The notes below the pieces were generated by a model. The model was given only the letters and a program-made list of their open reading frames with translations, did not search any database and was not told the origin of the DNA. The position numbers and the translations under genes were made by a program. Positions 19,492-29,319 of a stretch of DNA of 64,000 bases are shown in pieces. Numbering within the stretch: position 1 is the stretch's first letter; the number at the start of each line of letters is the position of its first letter. The stretch comes from Desulfatiglandales bacterium (GTDB lineage: Bacteria; Desulfobacterota; DSM-4660; Desulfatiglandales; HGW-15): assembly GCA_963667015.2 (NCBI GenBank), contig CAXXJJ010000004.1, positions 672,001 to 736,000 on the forward strand, read 5' to 3'.

Positions 19492-20229
19492 TTATTCCTC
19501 CTCCAACATATCAGCTACTAAAGGATCATCATCAATAAGCAAAAAATTCCGATCGTTCTCAAATTCTTTTGCCTTCATCTTGCGAATAAAACGTCGCATA
19601 GAAGGATCACAATCCTTCGGCATCGAGAATTCAATGATTCCGTCGATCATCTTCGGCCTCCACAGGCGGACCGCCAATTCATCCTTTCCGGTTTCATCAG
19701 GATAGTCATATCCATGAAACATCACGCCAAAATCAATTTCCCCATACTGGTCGTAAACACTCACTCCTTCACCAAAGACGCAGGGTTCTACATAGCCCTG
19801 ACATTCCCGTGTTCCAAGAAAAACATCTCGTCGTCCGCCTTTTTTGATACAGCGTTTGGCGATGTTGTGATGCTTATGTTCGTCACGGTCATCTTTAAGT
19901 TTTTCACGTTGATAATTCCAATCAAAATGGGCAAGAACCTGATATTCCACATCCCGCAAATAGGTGTAATAGGAAAGGTCGTTACCACCGCTCATTTTTA
20001 TTGGTTTGATCCCCTTTGACTCGGTTTGGATCTTTTTCATCACCCTAGCGGCATCAATGTACCAGATAAAAGTCGGTTTCCAGTAAACGCTTTCAAGAAT
20101 GCCTTTGAGCGCCTGATAGGTGGGGATTTGATAGGAGAATTTTTCGCCCCCCACTCGTGTAATCGGATCAGCAAACATCGCATAACGACCCGTAATTTTA
20201 AATTCCACTGAATTGCGTTTTTTGTCCAT
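19492..20229 (-). CDS. cas5: type I-C Cas5 (Cas5d, pre-crRNA processing)
   Basis: G.YA.F.DP.TR.GGEK.SY..PTYQALKGI.ES.YWKPT, YLRDVEY, GGRRDVFLGTREC. Confidence 0.95.
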   Translation of the reverse strand: MDKKRNSVEFKITGRYAMFADPITRVGGEKFSYQIPTYQALKGILESVYWKPTFIWYIDAARVMKKIQTESKGIKPIKMSGGNDLSYYTYLRDVEYQVLAHFDWNYQREKLKDDRDEHKHHNIAKRCIKKGGRRDVFLGTRECQGYVEPCVFGEGVSVYDQYGEIDFGVMFHGYDYPDETGKDELAVRLWRPKMIDGIIEFSMPKDCDPSMRRFIRKMKAKEFENDRNFLLIDDDPLVADMLEEE

Positions 20230-20248
20230 CTGCTACCTCTATCCTTAA

Positions 20249-22530
20249 TTATACATTCAATAAAGAAAACATCGCTTCTCGCCTTAACCCCAGCTCTTTC
20301 GTGTCGTAGTAATCCGGACTCAACAAGTAAAACACGTCATCCACGAGACTGGCCGCTTTTTTTATTTCATCCAAAGCATTTGAATAGACGGAGACTGTAT
20401 ATTTCTGCAATTGCTTCAAGATACGCATTTTCCCCTTCGGTTCATAACAACGCTTGAATTCATCTACAAGTTTCAACGCATCGCCGTAGGGCACAACCAC
20501 TCCAGTCTGTATCCCGTCAATCACAGAAAACTCATCTGCCGCCCTTTGGAATGCACAAGGCAACCCTTGGTAATCCCTGTTATTGCGGTCCCGGTAAGCA
20601 ATCGCCCCTAATGAATTCTCGTTTAGCAAGTTATAAATCGTTGTTTTATCATCCTTTGTTTTGTAATCCATTTTGCCGATGTTTTCCCCTTTTTGCTGGT
20701 CGAAAAAATAGTATTGATAAAACAAATTGATCACCTCATTGCTCAACAAATTGTCGCCTTTCTTTTCACGAAATACTCGTGCAGTAACGTTCTTGCCCTC
20801 CTTAATTTCCGGTAAGCTCGAAAGCTTTTCATCCTGGACATCAATAACAAAAACCGGCTGCGGCGTTGATTTTTCTTTGTTGCGGTTGCAGCGCCCAGCC
20901 GCCTGGATAATGCTGTCCATACCTGCCTGAGCCCGGATTACACAGTCAAACGACACATCCACGCCCGCTTCTATCAATTGTGTACTGACACATAACGTCA
21001 AACGTTTGGTTTCAGGAGCCAGATTTTTCCGTAATCGCTCCAGGACATTCAAACGATGAGCAGGACAAAGGTCGGTCGTCAAAAATGCTTTATCACATTC
21101 AATCGATCGGCAATCTTCATAAACCTTGCGGGCATCACCTTTAGTGTTCAGGATAACAAGTGTGCTCTTTTCCTGTTCAATCTGTGCCTTTACCACTCCC
21201 GCAATTTGTTCGTGAGTCATTTTCGATTGAGTTTTATCCTTAATGTGAACTCGCTCAAAATTATTCAATTCATCCTGTGTGATACTGAAATATCCGGTTT
21301 ATCAGACAACCGCACCGGACGTTCAGTATATTGAAGGTGCGGCTGGGTAGCAGTACAGAGCAAGACAGTTGATTTACCGAAGATTTGCAGGAAATTCACA
21401 GCTTCATTGAACAAATGAACGCACTTGATCGGCAGAGCCTGGATTTCGTCAAAAATCAGAACAGCTTCCGACATATTATGCAATTTTCGGAGCTTGGACG
21501 CTTTGTTGCTGTATATTGATTCAAGAAATTGAACCATCGTGGTTAAAATTATTGGACTGTCCCAACGGGAAGTCAGCAAACGGTATTGTCCTTCGGCGTC
21601 ATCCTCGTGAGGCGGTTCGATGTTCGAGTGATGTTCTAAAATCAATTCATCGCCGTTATCCGGAAAAACCTTGTGCATCGTGGAAGCGGTCTGATCAAGA
21701 ATCGACAAATAAGGGATAATGTAAATAATACGTTTAAGATTGTATTTTTTAGCGTGCTCCAAAGCGAACCGCAAGCTCGACAGCGTTTTTCCCCCTCCGG
21801 TCGGAACTGATAAAGTATAAATTCCCTGCTTCCGATTGCCTGCTTGTCGGCACTGTTCTGATATACTCTTGCGGACTTTATCAATGCCATAATTATCAGG
21901 GAATGATACCAGAAAATTTTCTAATTTTTGAATCAAATTTGTCCAATCAGGTAATTTATCGTTAATTTCCAAACCTGCACTGTTACATCTATCCGCATCC
22001 ACAACACAGGAATAAACCGCTTTAGTCAAAAGGTGTAGCATGAAATAAGGGTTAATGTTTTTCGTTTGACTCAGTTGACAAAAGTTAAAAATTTCGGTTT
22101 TCAACGTTGCTTCGTTGACACTGGGACAAAATGCGTCTACAGCTTCTGCGTAATGGAGTTTATCTTCGCCTTTATTGATTTTGACGGATAACGTCCTTTC
22201 GCCATTGCTAATATTGTCGAATAGGCCACCGTGATGCGTTGCTATAACATTGCCAACGATGTCCGCAATCACATGATCATTGATTGTTTCCTCCGCAAAT
22301 TTCGCCCCTTGCAAGGCGTGAATGACTTCACCGCGAGTCACAGCTCCACCGCTTAGACTACGCTTTAGATAATCCTGAAATGCCTGTGTGTATTTCCCCA
22401 AATCGTGTAGAAGCCCGGCCAAATAGACTGTATTTCCACAATCAAAAACACTGGAGAATTCTTTTGCAAGATTAGCTGTCGCGGTAAGGTGGTCATTCAG
22501 TTCCTGATTCTCACGAGCGTAATACATCAT
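20249..22530 (-). pseudogene. cas3: Cas3 (HD nuclease + SF2 helicase) interrupted by a 1-nt frameshift near 21288-21290
   Basis: N-part: L.DHL, LHDLGK, HHG, DAD, PTGGGKT, DEIQ, CTAT. C-part: NTK, STQLIEAGVD, QAAGRCNR. The overlapping frame reads SITQDELNNFERV through the junction. Start ATG 22530 with AAGGA RBS. Confidence 0.85.
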
Positions 22531-22837
22531 ATTGTCCTTACTTATGTTTTGTTGGTTCAATACCTATTTAGAAAATCCGGCAATGCTGCCATTTTTTCTA
22601 AATAGAAAAATAAAAGCGGAAATATATTGTATTTTTAGCTGGTTATCCAAATTGAATGGCCGCTAAATAGTAACAAAAATCGATATTAACCGCTGTGCAG
22701 ATATTAACAGAATGGGCCATTTATCTGCTGAGACAGTTATTTGAAATTATGTTTTTACTGAAAATTAATTGGATGGACTCATTATATACACCATTTGAAC
22801 CATTTAGGGGTATATTTATTTTTAAATAACAGAATCT

Positions 22838-22883
22838 TTCACTTTTTATAAAAAAGTGAATTTCAAATTTCAAATTTCAAATT
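22838..22883. repeat. 10-bp hairpin plus (AATTTCA)x3.6 tandem repeat downstream of the four-helix-bundle gene
   Basis: TTCACTTTTT-ATA-AAAAAGTGAA (22838-22860); AATTTCA array 22859-22883. Confidence 0.75.
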
Positions 22884-22884
22884 A

Positions 22885-23379
22885 TTACGTCTTCCTCATA
22901 GGATGATCAGGCGGCAGCATATTGATCAGTTCTTTATTAAAATCCTCCGCCCCTTTTTGCTGATTATATTGCGCTTTTGTCTTTTCATTAAGGTGCCTCT
23001 GGCCCTTTATGTCCGAGTTCTGAAAATGATCGGCCCATGCCCTTAATTGCCGTGAACAGCTTTCGGAAATGGATTTCAAATCTGAAATCTGAGATTTGAA
23101 ATGATCAAAGCCCTTCCTTCTTTCTATAAAACAGAGCATTGAGCGAACTTCTCCTGCTGATCCTCTTGCGATGTACAGAAACATTAAAAGTTCATTTGTT
23201 GTACCTCTTTCAAATCCTTCGGCAATATTGTTGGAAACAGAAAGAGCGGCTCTTTCTATCTGATCTCTCAGGCTACGGCTTCCCTTCCACTCCCTTGATT
23301 CGGTCATGTCATATACTTTATCAACAAGCCTGATTGCCTCCTGCCATACGGGTAATTCCTCGAATCTGGAATAGGTCAT
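22885..23379 (-). CDS. four-helix-bundle protein (23S rRNA IVP / Avd-like family)
   Basis: FEELPVWQEA, LRDQIERAALSVSNNIAEGFERGT..E...FLYIARGSAGEVRS; GGAGG RBS. Confidence 0.9.
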   Translation of the reverse strand: MTYSRFEELPVWQEAIRLVDKVYDMTESREWKGSRSLRDQIERAALSVSNNIAEGFERGTTNELLMFLYIARGSAGEVRSMLCFIERRKGFDHFKSQISDLKSISESCSRQLRAWADHFQNSDIKGQRHLNEKTKAQYNQQKGAEDFNKELINMLPPDHPMRKT

Positions 23380-23393
23380 TTGTTATCCTCCTG

Positions 23394-23417
23394 AATTTAA
23401 AATTTAAAATTTAAAAT
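23394..23417. repeat. (AATTTAA)x3.4 tandem repeat upstream of the four-helix-bundle gene
   Basis: Read directly; one-base variant of the downstream AATTTCA array. Confidence 0.7.
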
Positions 23418-23570
23418 ATGCAGAAAATAAACCGACTTACACACTTTATTATCTTTTATTTTTTAATAATAATATGTTATACAGCTTGGCTTGATTTTTT
23501 TTTACTTTACAAAGAATTCTCCGGGGCGAATAATTATTCGCCCCTGTTTTTTATTATTTAAGGAAAAAAT

Positions 23571-25409
23571 ATGAACAAAATGGAAAAGAATACCAAAATA
23601 AGAAATATAGCTATAATCGCCCATGTTGACCATGGAAAAACTACCCTTGTGGACGCCATGTTTAAACAGAGCGGACTCTTCAGGGAAGGACAGGAGGTTG
23701 AAAACCGCCTCATGGACAACATGGAGCTTGAAAGGGAGCGGGGTATAACAATCGCCGCAAAAAACTGCTCTGTTGTATGGAAGGGCACAAAGATAAATAT
23801 CATCGATACACCAGGCCATGCCGACTTTGGCGGTGAGGTTGAAAGGGCACTTGTAATGGCAGACGGGGCACTGCTGCTTGTTGACTCATCCGAAGGTCCC
23901 CTTCCACAGACAAGATTTGTTTTAAAAAAGACATTTGAGGCAGGCCTCAAGGTTATGGTTGTTATAAACAAGATAGACCGGCCGGACACACGCCCCCAGG
24001 AGGTTCTCAATGAAATATATGATCTCTTCATTGACCTGGGCGCCAGCGATGAACAGATCGAATTTCCACTGCTTTACGCAATAGGCAAGACCGGAATTGC
24101 AAAGAAAAAGCTGAGTGACAAATCCAATAATCTAGAAGTCCTCTTTGATTCGATTCTTGAACATACACCTCCGCCTTCATATGACCCCAAAGAACCCTTC
24201 CAGATGCTTGTAGCAGACCTTGGGTATTCATCCTACATGGGACGGCTCGCTGTAGGCAAGGTTATAAACGGCAACGTCAATTTCAATGACAACCTTGTCT
24301 GCATGGGAGAAAACGATTCTGAGATTCCTTTAAAGGTTACAAAAATTCAGGTTTATGAAGGGGTCAACCTCAAGGAGGTTAAAAATGCCGGACCCGGAGA
24401 TATTGTGGTGCTTTCAGGTATAGACAATGTCAAGATCGGCGACACCATATGCAACAGGGAGTTTCCAAAGGCATTAAAAAGGATATCAGTGGAAGAGCCC
24501 ACTGTATCCATGAGATTTACAATAAATACCTCTCCCCTTGCGGGCAAGGAGGGCAAGAACGTTCAATCCAGTAAAATAAAGGAACGGCTCTATAGGGAAA
24601 CCCTGAGTAATGTGGCTATAAAGGTTGAGGAATCGGAAGACAGGGACAGTTTTATAGTAAAGGGCAGAGGAGAATTCCAGCTTGCCATAATCATTGAAAC
24701 AATGCGAAGGGAAGGATTTGAATTCTGTGTAAGCAGACCTGAAGTTATTTTAAAGGAAAAGGACGGCAAAAAACAGGAGCCTATCGAACACCTTTACATT
24801 GACGCTGACGAGGCGTATATGGGGGTGCTTACCGAGAAACTGGCACTGAGGAAGGCCAAGATGCTTAACCTTACCAACAGCGGCACAGGTAGGGTCAGGA
24901 TGGAGTTTACAGTGCCCTCGAGGGGTCTTATTGGCTTCAGAGACGATTTTCTAACTGTCACAAGGGGAACAGGAATCATGAATTCATACCTTGAAGGCTT
25001 TGATGATTACAGGGGAGAATTTCCTTCAAGGTTCAGCGGCTCTATCGTTTCTGACAGGCAGGGTTCTGCCGTTGCCTATGCCCTTTTCAACCTGGAACCA
25101 AGGGGAAGACTTTTTATTACTCCAGGAGATCCGGTATATGAGGGCATGGTAATTGGTGAACATAACAGGGATAATGATATCAATGTAAACCCCTGCAAGG
25201 AAAAGAAACTTTCGAACATGCGTGCTGCCGGAAAGGATGACAATGTCCTGCTGTCACCGGCACGGCCCCTTACCCTTGAAAGCTCCATTGTGTATATCAA
25301 AGAGGACGAAATGGTTGAGGTTACACCAAAATCAATACGTCTTAGAAAGATGGTGCTATCTCAACAGACCAGGCATACAAGCCTGGCCAGAAAATTAAAG
25401 GAAAAATAA
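23571..25409 (+). CDS. typA: translational GTPase TypA/BipA
   Basis: [68 protein letters not shown]. Confidence 0.97.
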   Translation: MNKMEKNTKIRNIAIIAHVDHGKTTLVDAMFKQSGLFREGQEVENRLMDNMELERERGITIAAKNCSVVWKGTKINIIDTPGHADFGGEVERALVMADGALLLVDSSEGPLPQTRFVLKKTFEAGLKVMVVINKIDRPDTRPQEVLNEIYDLFIDLGASDEQIEFPLLYAIGKTGIAKKKLSDKSNNLEVLFDSILEHTPPPSYDPKEPFQMLVADLGYSSYMGRLAVGKVINGNVNFNDNLVCMGENDSEIPLKVTKIQVYEGVNLKEVKNAGPGDIVVLSGIDNVKIGDTICNREFPKALKRISVEEPTVSMRFTINTSPLAGKEGKNVQSSKIKERLYRETLSNVAIKVEESEDRDSFIVKGRGEFQLAIIIETMRREGFEFCVSRPEVILKEKDGKKQEPIEHLYIDADEAYMGVLTEKLALRKAKMLNLTNSGTGRVRMEFTVPSRGLIGFRDDFLTVTRGTGIMNSYLEGFDDYRGEFPSRFSGSIVSDRQGSAVAYALFNLEPRGRLFITPGDPVYEGMVIGEHNRDNDINVNPCKEKKLSNMRAAGKDDNVLLSPARPLTLESSIVYIKEDEMVEVTPKSIRLRKMVLSQQTRHTSLARKLKEK

Positions 25410-25416
25410 AAACCAT

Positions 25417-25622
25417 TTCTCACAGAGCTCGCAGAGAACGCAGAGAAAGACAAAAGCCTTCGGTTAATAAAACTTCATAATAAATGGATGTCCGTCTGCA
25501 CGGGCAAACGACAAAGTGAGACAGGTTTAAAACCTGTCTCTACATTTTTCACACCTGTATTTTAATCATAAAAAGCTTTTCTCTGTGGTCTCTGCGTGCT
25601 CTAGCGCAGCGGGCGAGAGATA
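25417..25622. repeat. composite intergenic element: inverted pair of 9-mer arrays enclosing a REP palindrome
   Basis: Left AGAGCTCGCAGAGAACGCAGAGAAA vs reverse complement of right arm AGAGCACGCAGAGACCACAGAGAAA (22/25); inner GAGACAGGTTT-A-AAACCTGTCTC-TAC (25518-25543). Confidence 0.75.
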
Positions 25623-25628
25623 AATAGA

Positions 25629-26330
25629 TTATCGCACCACACACCTCTGAACCCATGGTTCGGCGATTGATTTAAATGCCATCAGTTCAGGATCTGTAAA
25701 TTCAGGAGAGGTATTCTTATCAAAATATTCGGGATGGAGAATCTCGGCCCTGTGGAAATTCTGCAGTGCATAAAGTTTTGCATCTTTTATTATTTTAACG
25801 ATTCTGCCAATAACTTCTCTGTCAACAAAGCCCTTTACACAGGTGGTTCGAAACTCATAATCAGTCGCTGTTTCCATTATTGTTTCTATGCTTGAGAGTA
25901 TATCCTCAGGGTTGATACATTTTGCCACAAGCGGATTATAGCGTGACGGATCTGTCTTGATATCCATTGCAATATAATCCACAAGCCCTTCCTCAATCAG
26001 AAACTTCAGATTATCCGGTTTACTCCCGTTTGTGTCCAGCTTGATTGAATAACCCAGCCCCTTGATGGCTTCACAGAGCTTAACAAGGTTTTTCTGCAGA
26101 GTAGGCTCTCCTCCGGAGATTACCACTCCATCCAGAAAATCCCTTCGGCTTTCAAGAAATCCATAAAGACCGTCACCCTTTAAAGAGGCCGGGCATTCAT
26201 CACTGCCCTTCACAAGCGAAGGATTATGACAATAGGGGCAGTCAAAATTACAGCCCGACAAAAATATCACGCAGCTCAGTTTGCCGGGGTAATCTATAAG
26301 TGAATTTTTCTGAATTCCTCCAATGTTCAT
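25629..26330 (-). CDS. nrdG: anaerobic ribonucleotide reductase activating radical SAM enzyme
   Basis: CNFDCPYCHN, SGGEPTL, KLDTNG; directly downstream of nrdD. Confidence 0.92.
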   Translation of the reverse strand: MNIGGIQKNSLIDYPGKLSCVIFLSGCNFDCPYCHNPSLVKGSDECPASLKGDGLYGFLESRRDFLDGVVISGGEPTLQKNLVKLCEAIKGLGYSIKLDTNGSKPDNLKFLIEEGLVDYIAMDIKTDPSRYNPLVAKCINPEDILSSIETIMETATDYEFRTTCVKGFVDREVIGRIVKIIKDAKLYALQNFHRAEILHPEYFDKNTSPEFTDPELMAFKSIAEPWVQRCVVR

Positions 26331-26340
26331 CTCTTTCCTT

Positions 26341-28431
26341 TTATGCAGCCTTGAACATTTTTCTCATGCTGAATTCCTGCTGTTTGCCGTTGTTCCACTG
26401 CTTGACAGGCCTTAGATATCCCACAACCCTTGAATACACCTCTGTTTCCATTCCGCAGATACTGCACTTCTCCTGGTTTCCGGAAAGGTACCCATGAGAC
26501 GGGCAGATACTGAAGGTGGGTGAAAGGGTAAGGTAGGGAAGCCTGAAGCCTGATACCACCTTTTTAACAAGCTTCTTAACCATTTCGTTTTCGCTTATAT
26601 TTTCTCCAAGATAGATATGCATTACCGTGCCGCCCGTATACTTTGTCTGAAGTTCATCCTGGAGAGTAAGGGTCTCGTAGATATCATCGGAATAGTTGAC
26701 CGGAAGCTGGGTCGAGTTGGTGTAAAAAGGCTCACCGCCTGCCTTGTATGCATCTTCATTGGCACATATTATCCCGGGATATTTTTCCTTGTCTTTTATT
26801 GCAAGCCGGTATGTTGTTCCCTCGGCAGGTGTTGCTTCAAGATTATAGATATCACCCGTCTTTTCCTGAATAGCAGCCATCGCATCCCTGAGATAATCCA
26901 TGACCTTTAGAGCAAAATTCCTTCCGGATTCGCTGGCAATATCATTACCCATAAAGTTCAGACAGGCCTCGTTCATACCGATAATACCTATGGTTGAAAA
27001 ATGATTTTTCCAGTACCGGCCTGATCCCTCCTTTATTTCTCTCAGGTAAAATTTTGAATAGGGGTACAGATTATTCTCCGTAAACCTCTCCAGTATCTTC
27101 CGTTTTATATCAAGGCTTTTCGCAGCCAGATCTACCATACTGTCGAGTCTTTCAAAGAAATCCTTCTCATCCTCAGCAAGATAGCCTATCCTTGGAAGGT
27201 TAATGGTCACAACGCCAATGGAGCCGGTTAAGGGATTGGCACCGAAAAGCCCTCCTCCCCTTTTCATCAGTTCACGATTATCGAGCCTCAGACGGCAGCA
27301 CATTGACCTTGCATCCTCAGGAGACATATCCGAATTTACAAAGTTTGAAAAATAGGGAATGCCGTACTTTCCGGTCATCTTCCAGATGCTGTCCAGATTG
27401 GGGTTTTCCCAGTCAAAATCAGCCGTGATGTTATAGGTGGGTATAGGGAAGGTAAACACCCTGCCCTTTGCATCCCCTTCCATCATGACATCTGCAAATG
27501 CCCTGTTAAGGATATCCATCTCCGGCTGGAATTCACTGTACTTTTCGCTTCGCTCCACACCTCCGGCAATAACATGGTTGTCCTTGAGCATGGATGGTAC
27601 ACACAGATCCATCGTAATATTTGTAAAGGGTGTCTGGAAGCCGACACGAGTGGGAATATTGATATTGAATACGAATTCCTGCATTGCCTGCTTAACCTCT
27701 TTATATCCGAGGTTATCAAACCTGATAAAGGGGGCAAGCAGAGTGTCAAAATTGGATATTGCCTGGGCCCCGGCTGCCTCACCCTGCAGGGTATAAAAGA
27801 AATTCACTATCTGCCCCAGGGCTGATCGCAGATGTTTTGGCGGTCCGCTTTCCACCTTTCCTTCTACGCCCTTGAAACCGTTTACCAAAAGGTCTTTAAG
27901 ATCCCATCCAACACAATAAACCGATAAAAGGCTTAAATCATGAACATGAATATCCCCGCCTTTGTGTGCATGTCTGATTTCAGGAGGATAGATACTGTTA
28001 AGCCAGTATTCTGAGGTTACATCTGAAGATATGTAATTATTCAATCCCTGTAACGAAAATGACATATTGCTGTTTTCTTTTATCTTCCAGTCCAGCTTCT
28101 GGATGTAGTGGTCCACCAGGTCGATGTTAGATTTGGTGGAAATAGCCCTGATCTGGGCATGCTGCTCCCTGTAAAGGATGTATGCCTTGGCGCTTTTATA
28201 AAATGGTGTGTCAAGGAGAACCCTTTCGACTATATCCTGTATCTCCTCTACCTCCGGCTGCTCTCCAAGCCTGAGATCATGCGCAAGGGTAAGTACTCTA
28301 AGGGTCATTTTCCTGGCTTCCCTGTCAGTAAACTCTCCTGTCGCCTTTCCGGCCTTTGCTATTGCTGACTCAATTTTTGAAGAATCAAATTCAACAATCC
28401 TTCCATCGCGTTTTTTAATCATTTCAATCAT
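26341..28431 (-). CDS. nrdD: class III (anaerobic) ribonucleoside-triphosphate reductase with ATP cone
   Basis: IKKRDG...FD..KI (ATP cone), SMCCRL, EATPAEG, YTGG, C..HG, YSRVVGYLRPV..WN.GK..EF glycyl-radical motif. Confidence 0.95.
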   Translation of the reverse strand: MIEMIKKRDGRIVEFDSSKIESAIAKAGKATGEFTDREARKMTLRVLTLAHDLRLGEQPEVEEIQDIVERVLLDTPFYKSAKAYILYREQHAQIRAISTKSNIDLVDHYIQKLDWKIKENSNMSFSLQGLNNYISSDVTSEYWLNSIYPPEIRHAHKGGDIHVHDLSLLSVYCVGWDLKDLLVNGFKGVEGKVESGPPKHLRSALGQIVNFFYTLQGEAAGAQAISNFDTLLAPFIRFDNLGYKEVKQAMQEFVFNINIPTRVGFQTPFTNITMDLCVPSMLKDNHVIAGGVERSEKYSEFQPEMDILNRAFADVMMEGDAKGRVFTFPIPTYNITADFDWENPNLDSIWKMTGKYGIPYFSNFVNSDMSPEDARSMCCRLRLDNRELMKRGGGLFGANPLTGSIGVVTINLPRIGYLAEDEKDFFERLDSMVDLAAKSLDIKRKILERFTENNLYPYSKFYLREIKEGSGRYWKNHFSTIGIIGMNEACLNFMGNDIASESGRNFALKVMDYLRDAMAAIQEKTGDIYNLEATPAEGTTYRLAIKDKEKYPGIICANEDAYKAGGEPFYTNSTQLPVNYSDDIYETLTLQDELQTKYTGGTVMHIYLGENISENEMVKKLVKKVVSGFRLPYLTLSPTFSICPSHGYLSGNQEKCSICGMETEVYSRVVGYLRPVKQWNNGKQQEFSMRKMFKAA

Positions 28432-28610
28432 AGATAATACCCTCGGAACACTTAAAACATTTACAAAAAACGGCTTACCCTACATTTTTTCCGGAAATAC
28501 CGGATTTGAAGTTAATCATTTGACCTCCGCAAAGGACAACCGAAATAACCCTACAGGAATTGTATTAATACTGCAGATAGATTGATCAAACGTTAATAGT
28601 GAGTGCGAAA

Positions 28611-28664
28611 AAAATACACCAATATATTGGGGCCTGTCAACCCAAAAAAATCAATATATAGTAT
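28611..28664 (-). promoter_or_regulatory. tandem NrdR boxes flanking the nrdD -35 element
   Basis: CACCAATATATTGGGG (28617-28632) and AATCAATATATAGTAT (28649-28664), 32 bp apart, fit acaCwAtATaTwGtg; TTGACA on minus at 28640-28635. Confidence 0.85.
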
Positions 28665-28806
28665 TTTTTATTCTCAGGCGGTAATTATTTAATTTTTAAC
28701 CTGCACTGTCAATGATATTGATAATGCAGGCAATAAAACTTCATTGTTTTTACCCGATAAAGGGAAAAATATAAGGATGGAAAATATTATGATATGAAAA
28801 TTTGGC

Positions 28807-29028
28807 TTAATTCCAGATTTTTATAATTTTTATAAAGTTCTGGGTATTCTTTTCGATTTCTTTAATCCTTCTCCATTTATTCGATACCTGCAGGATAATT
28901 CCGCTTATCAGAAAACCAACCATCCCGCCCTGATAATAATCGATCCATGTAATATCCCCGATATTTATCGAGCAGCTCATATACATACTAAAAACCGTAA
29001 CGATTATAACAAGTATTAATGCCAGCAT
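28807..29028 (-). CDS. small hypothetical membrane protein (two hydrophobic segments)
   Basis: 73 aa; AAGGA RBS; hydrophobic N-terminus and middle, basic tail. Confidence 0.45.
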   Translation of the reverse strand: MLALILVIIVTVFSMYMSCSINIGDITWIDYYQGGMVGFLISGIILQVSNKWRRIKEIEKNTQNFIKIIKIWN

Positions 29029-29319
29029 TTTGTTGTCCTTTCCTGTAATTTGCTTATGACTTATCTTTCTTCTTTTTTTTAATACACCTGCTTATTATAA
29101 GTGTATCAATTATTATACTTAGCTGATTAACCATTTATTACAGGTGTGAAAGTAATCATTTTTTATCTAACTATATTAAATAGATACAAACCTGATTTAT
29201 TAACTCTCTGCACACCCGCCTATTTTAAATGCAAAAAAAATACCAACCGGGGAGTGAGCGTTAAAAAAAATCGTACTTTTTAACAATCCTATCAATACCG
29301 CAGATACAACCGGTCAATA

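Noticed and set aside
20249..21268. Stand-alone helicase C-terminal gene (339 aa)
   Set aside because: Better explained as the frameshifted second half of cas3, since the frame continues upstream of the TTG; re-initiation is kept only as an alternative
15513..23379. Diversity-generating retroelement suggested by the Avd-like genes
   Set aside because: No reverse transcriptase and no template/variable repeat pair differing at adenines were seen in the window
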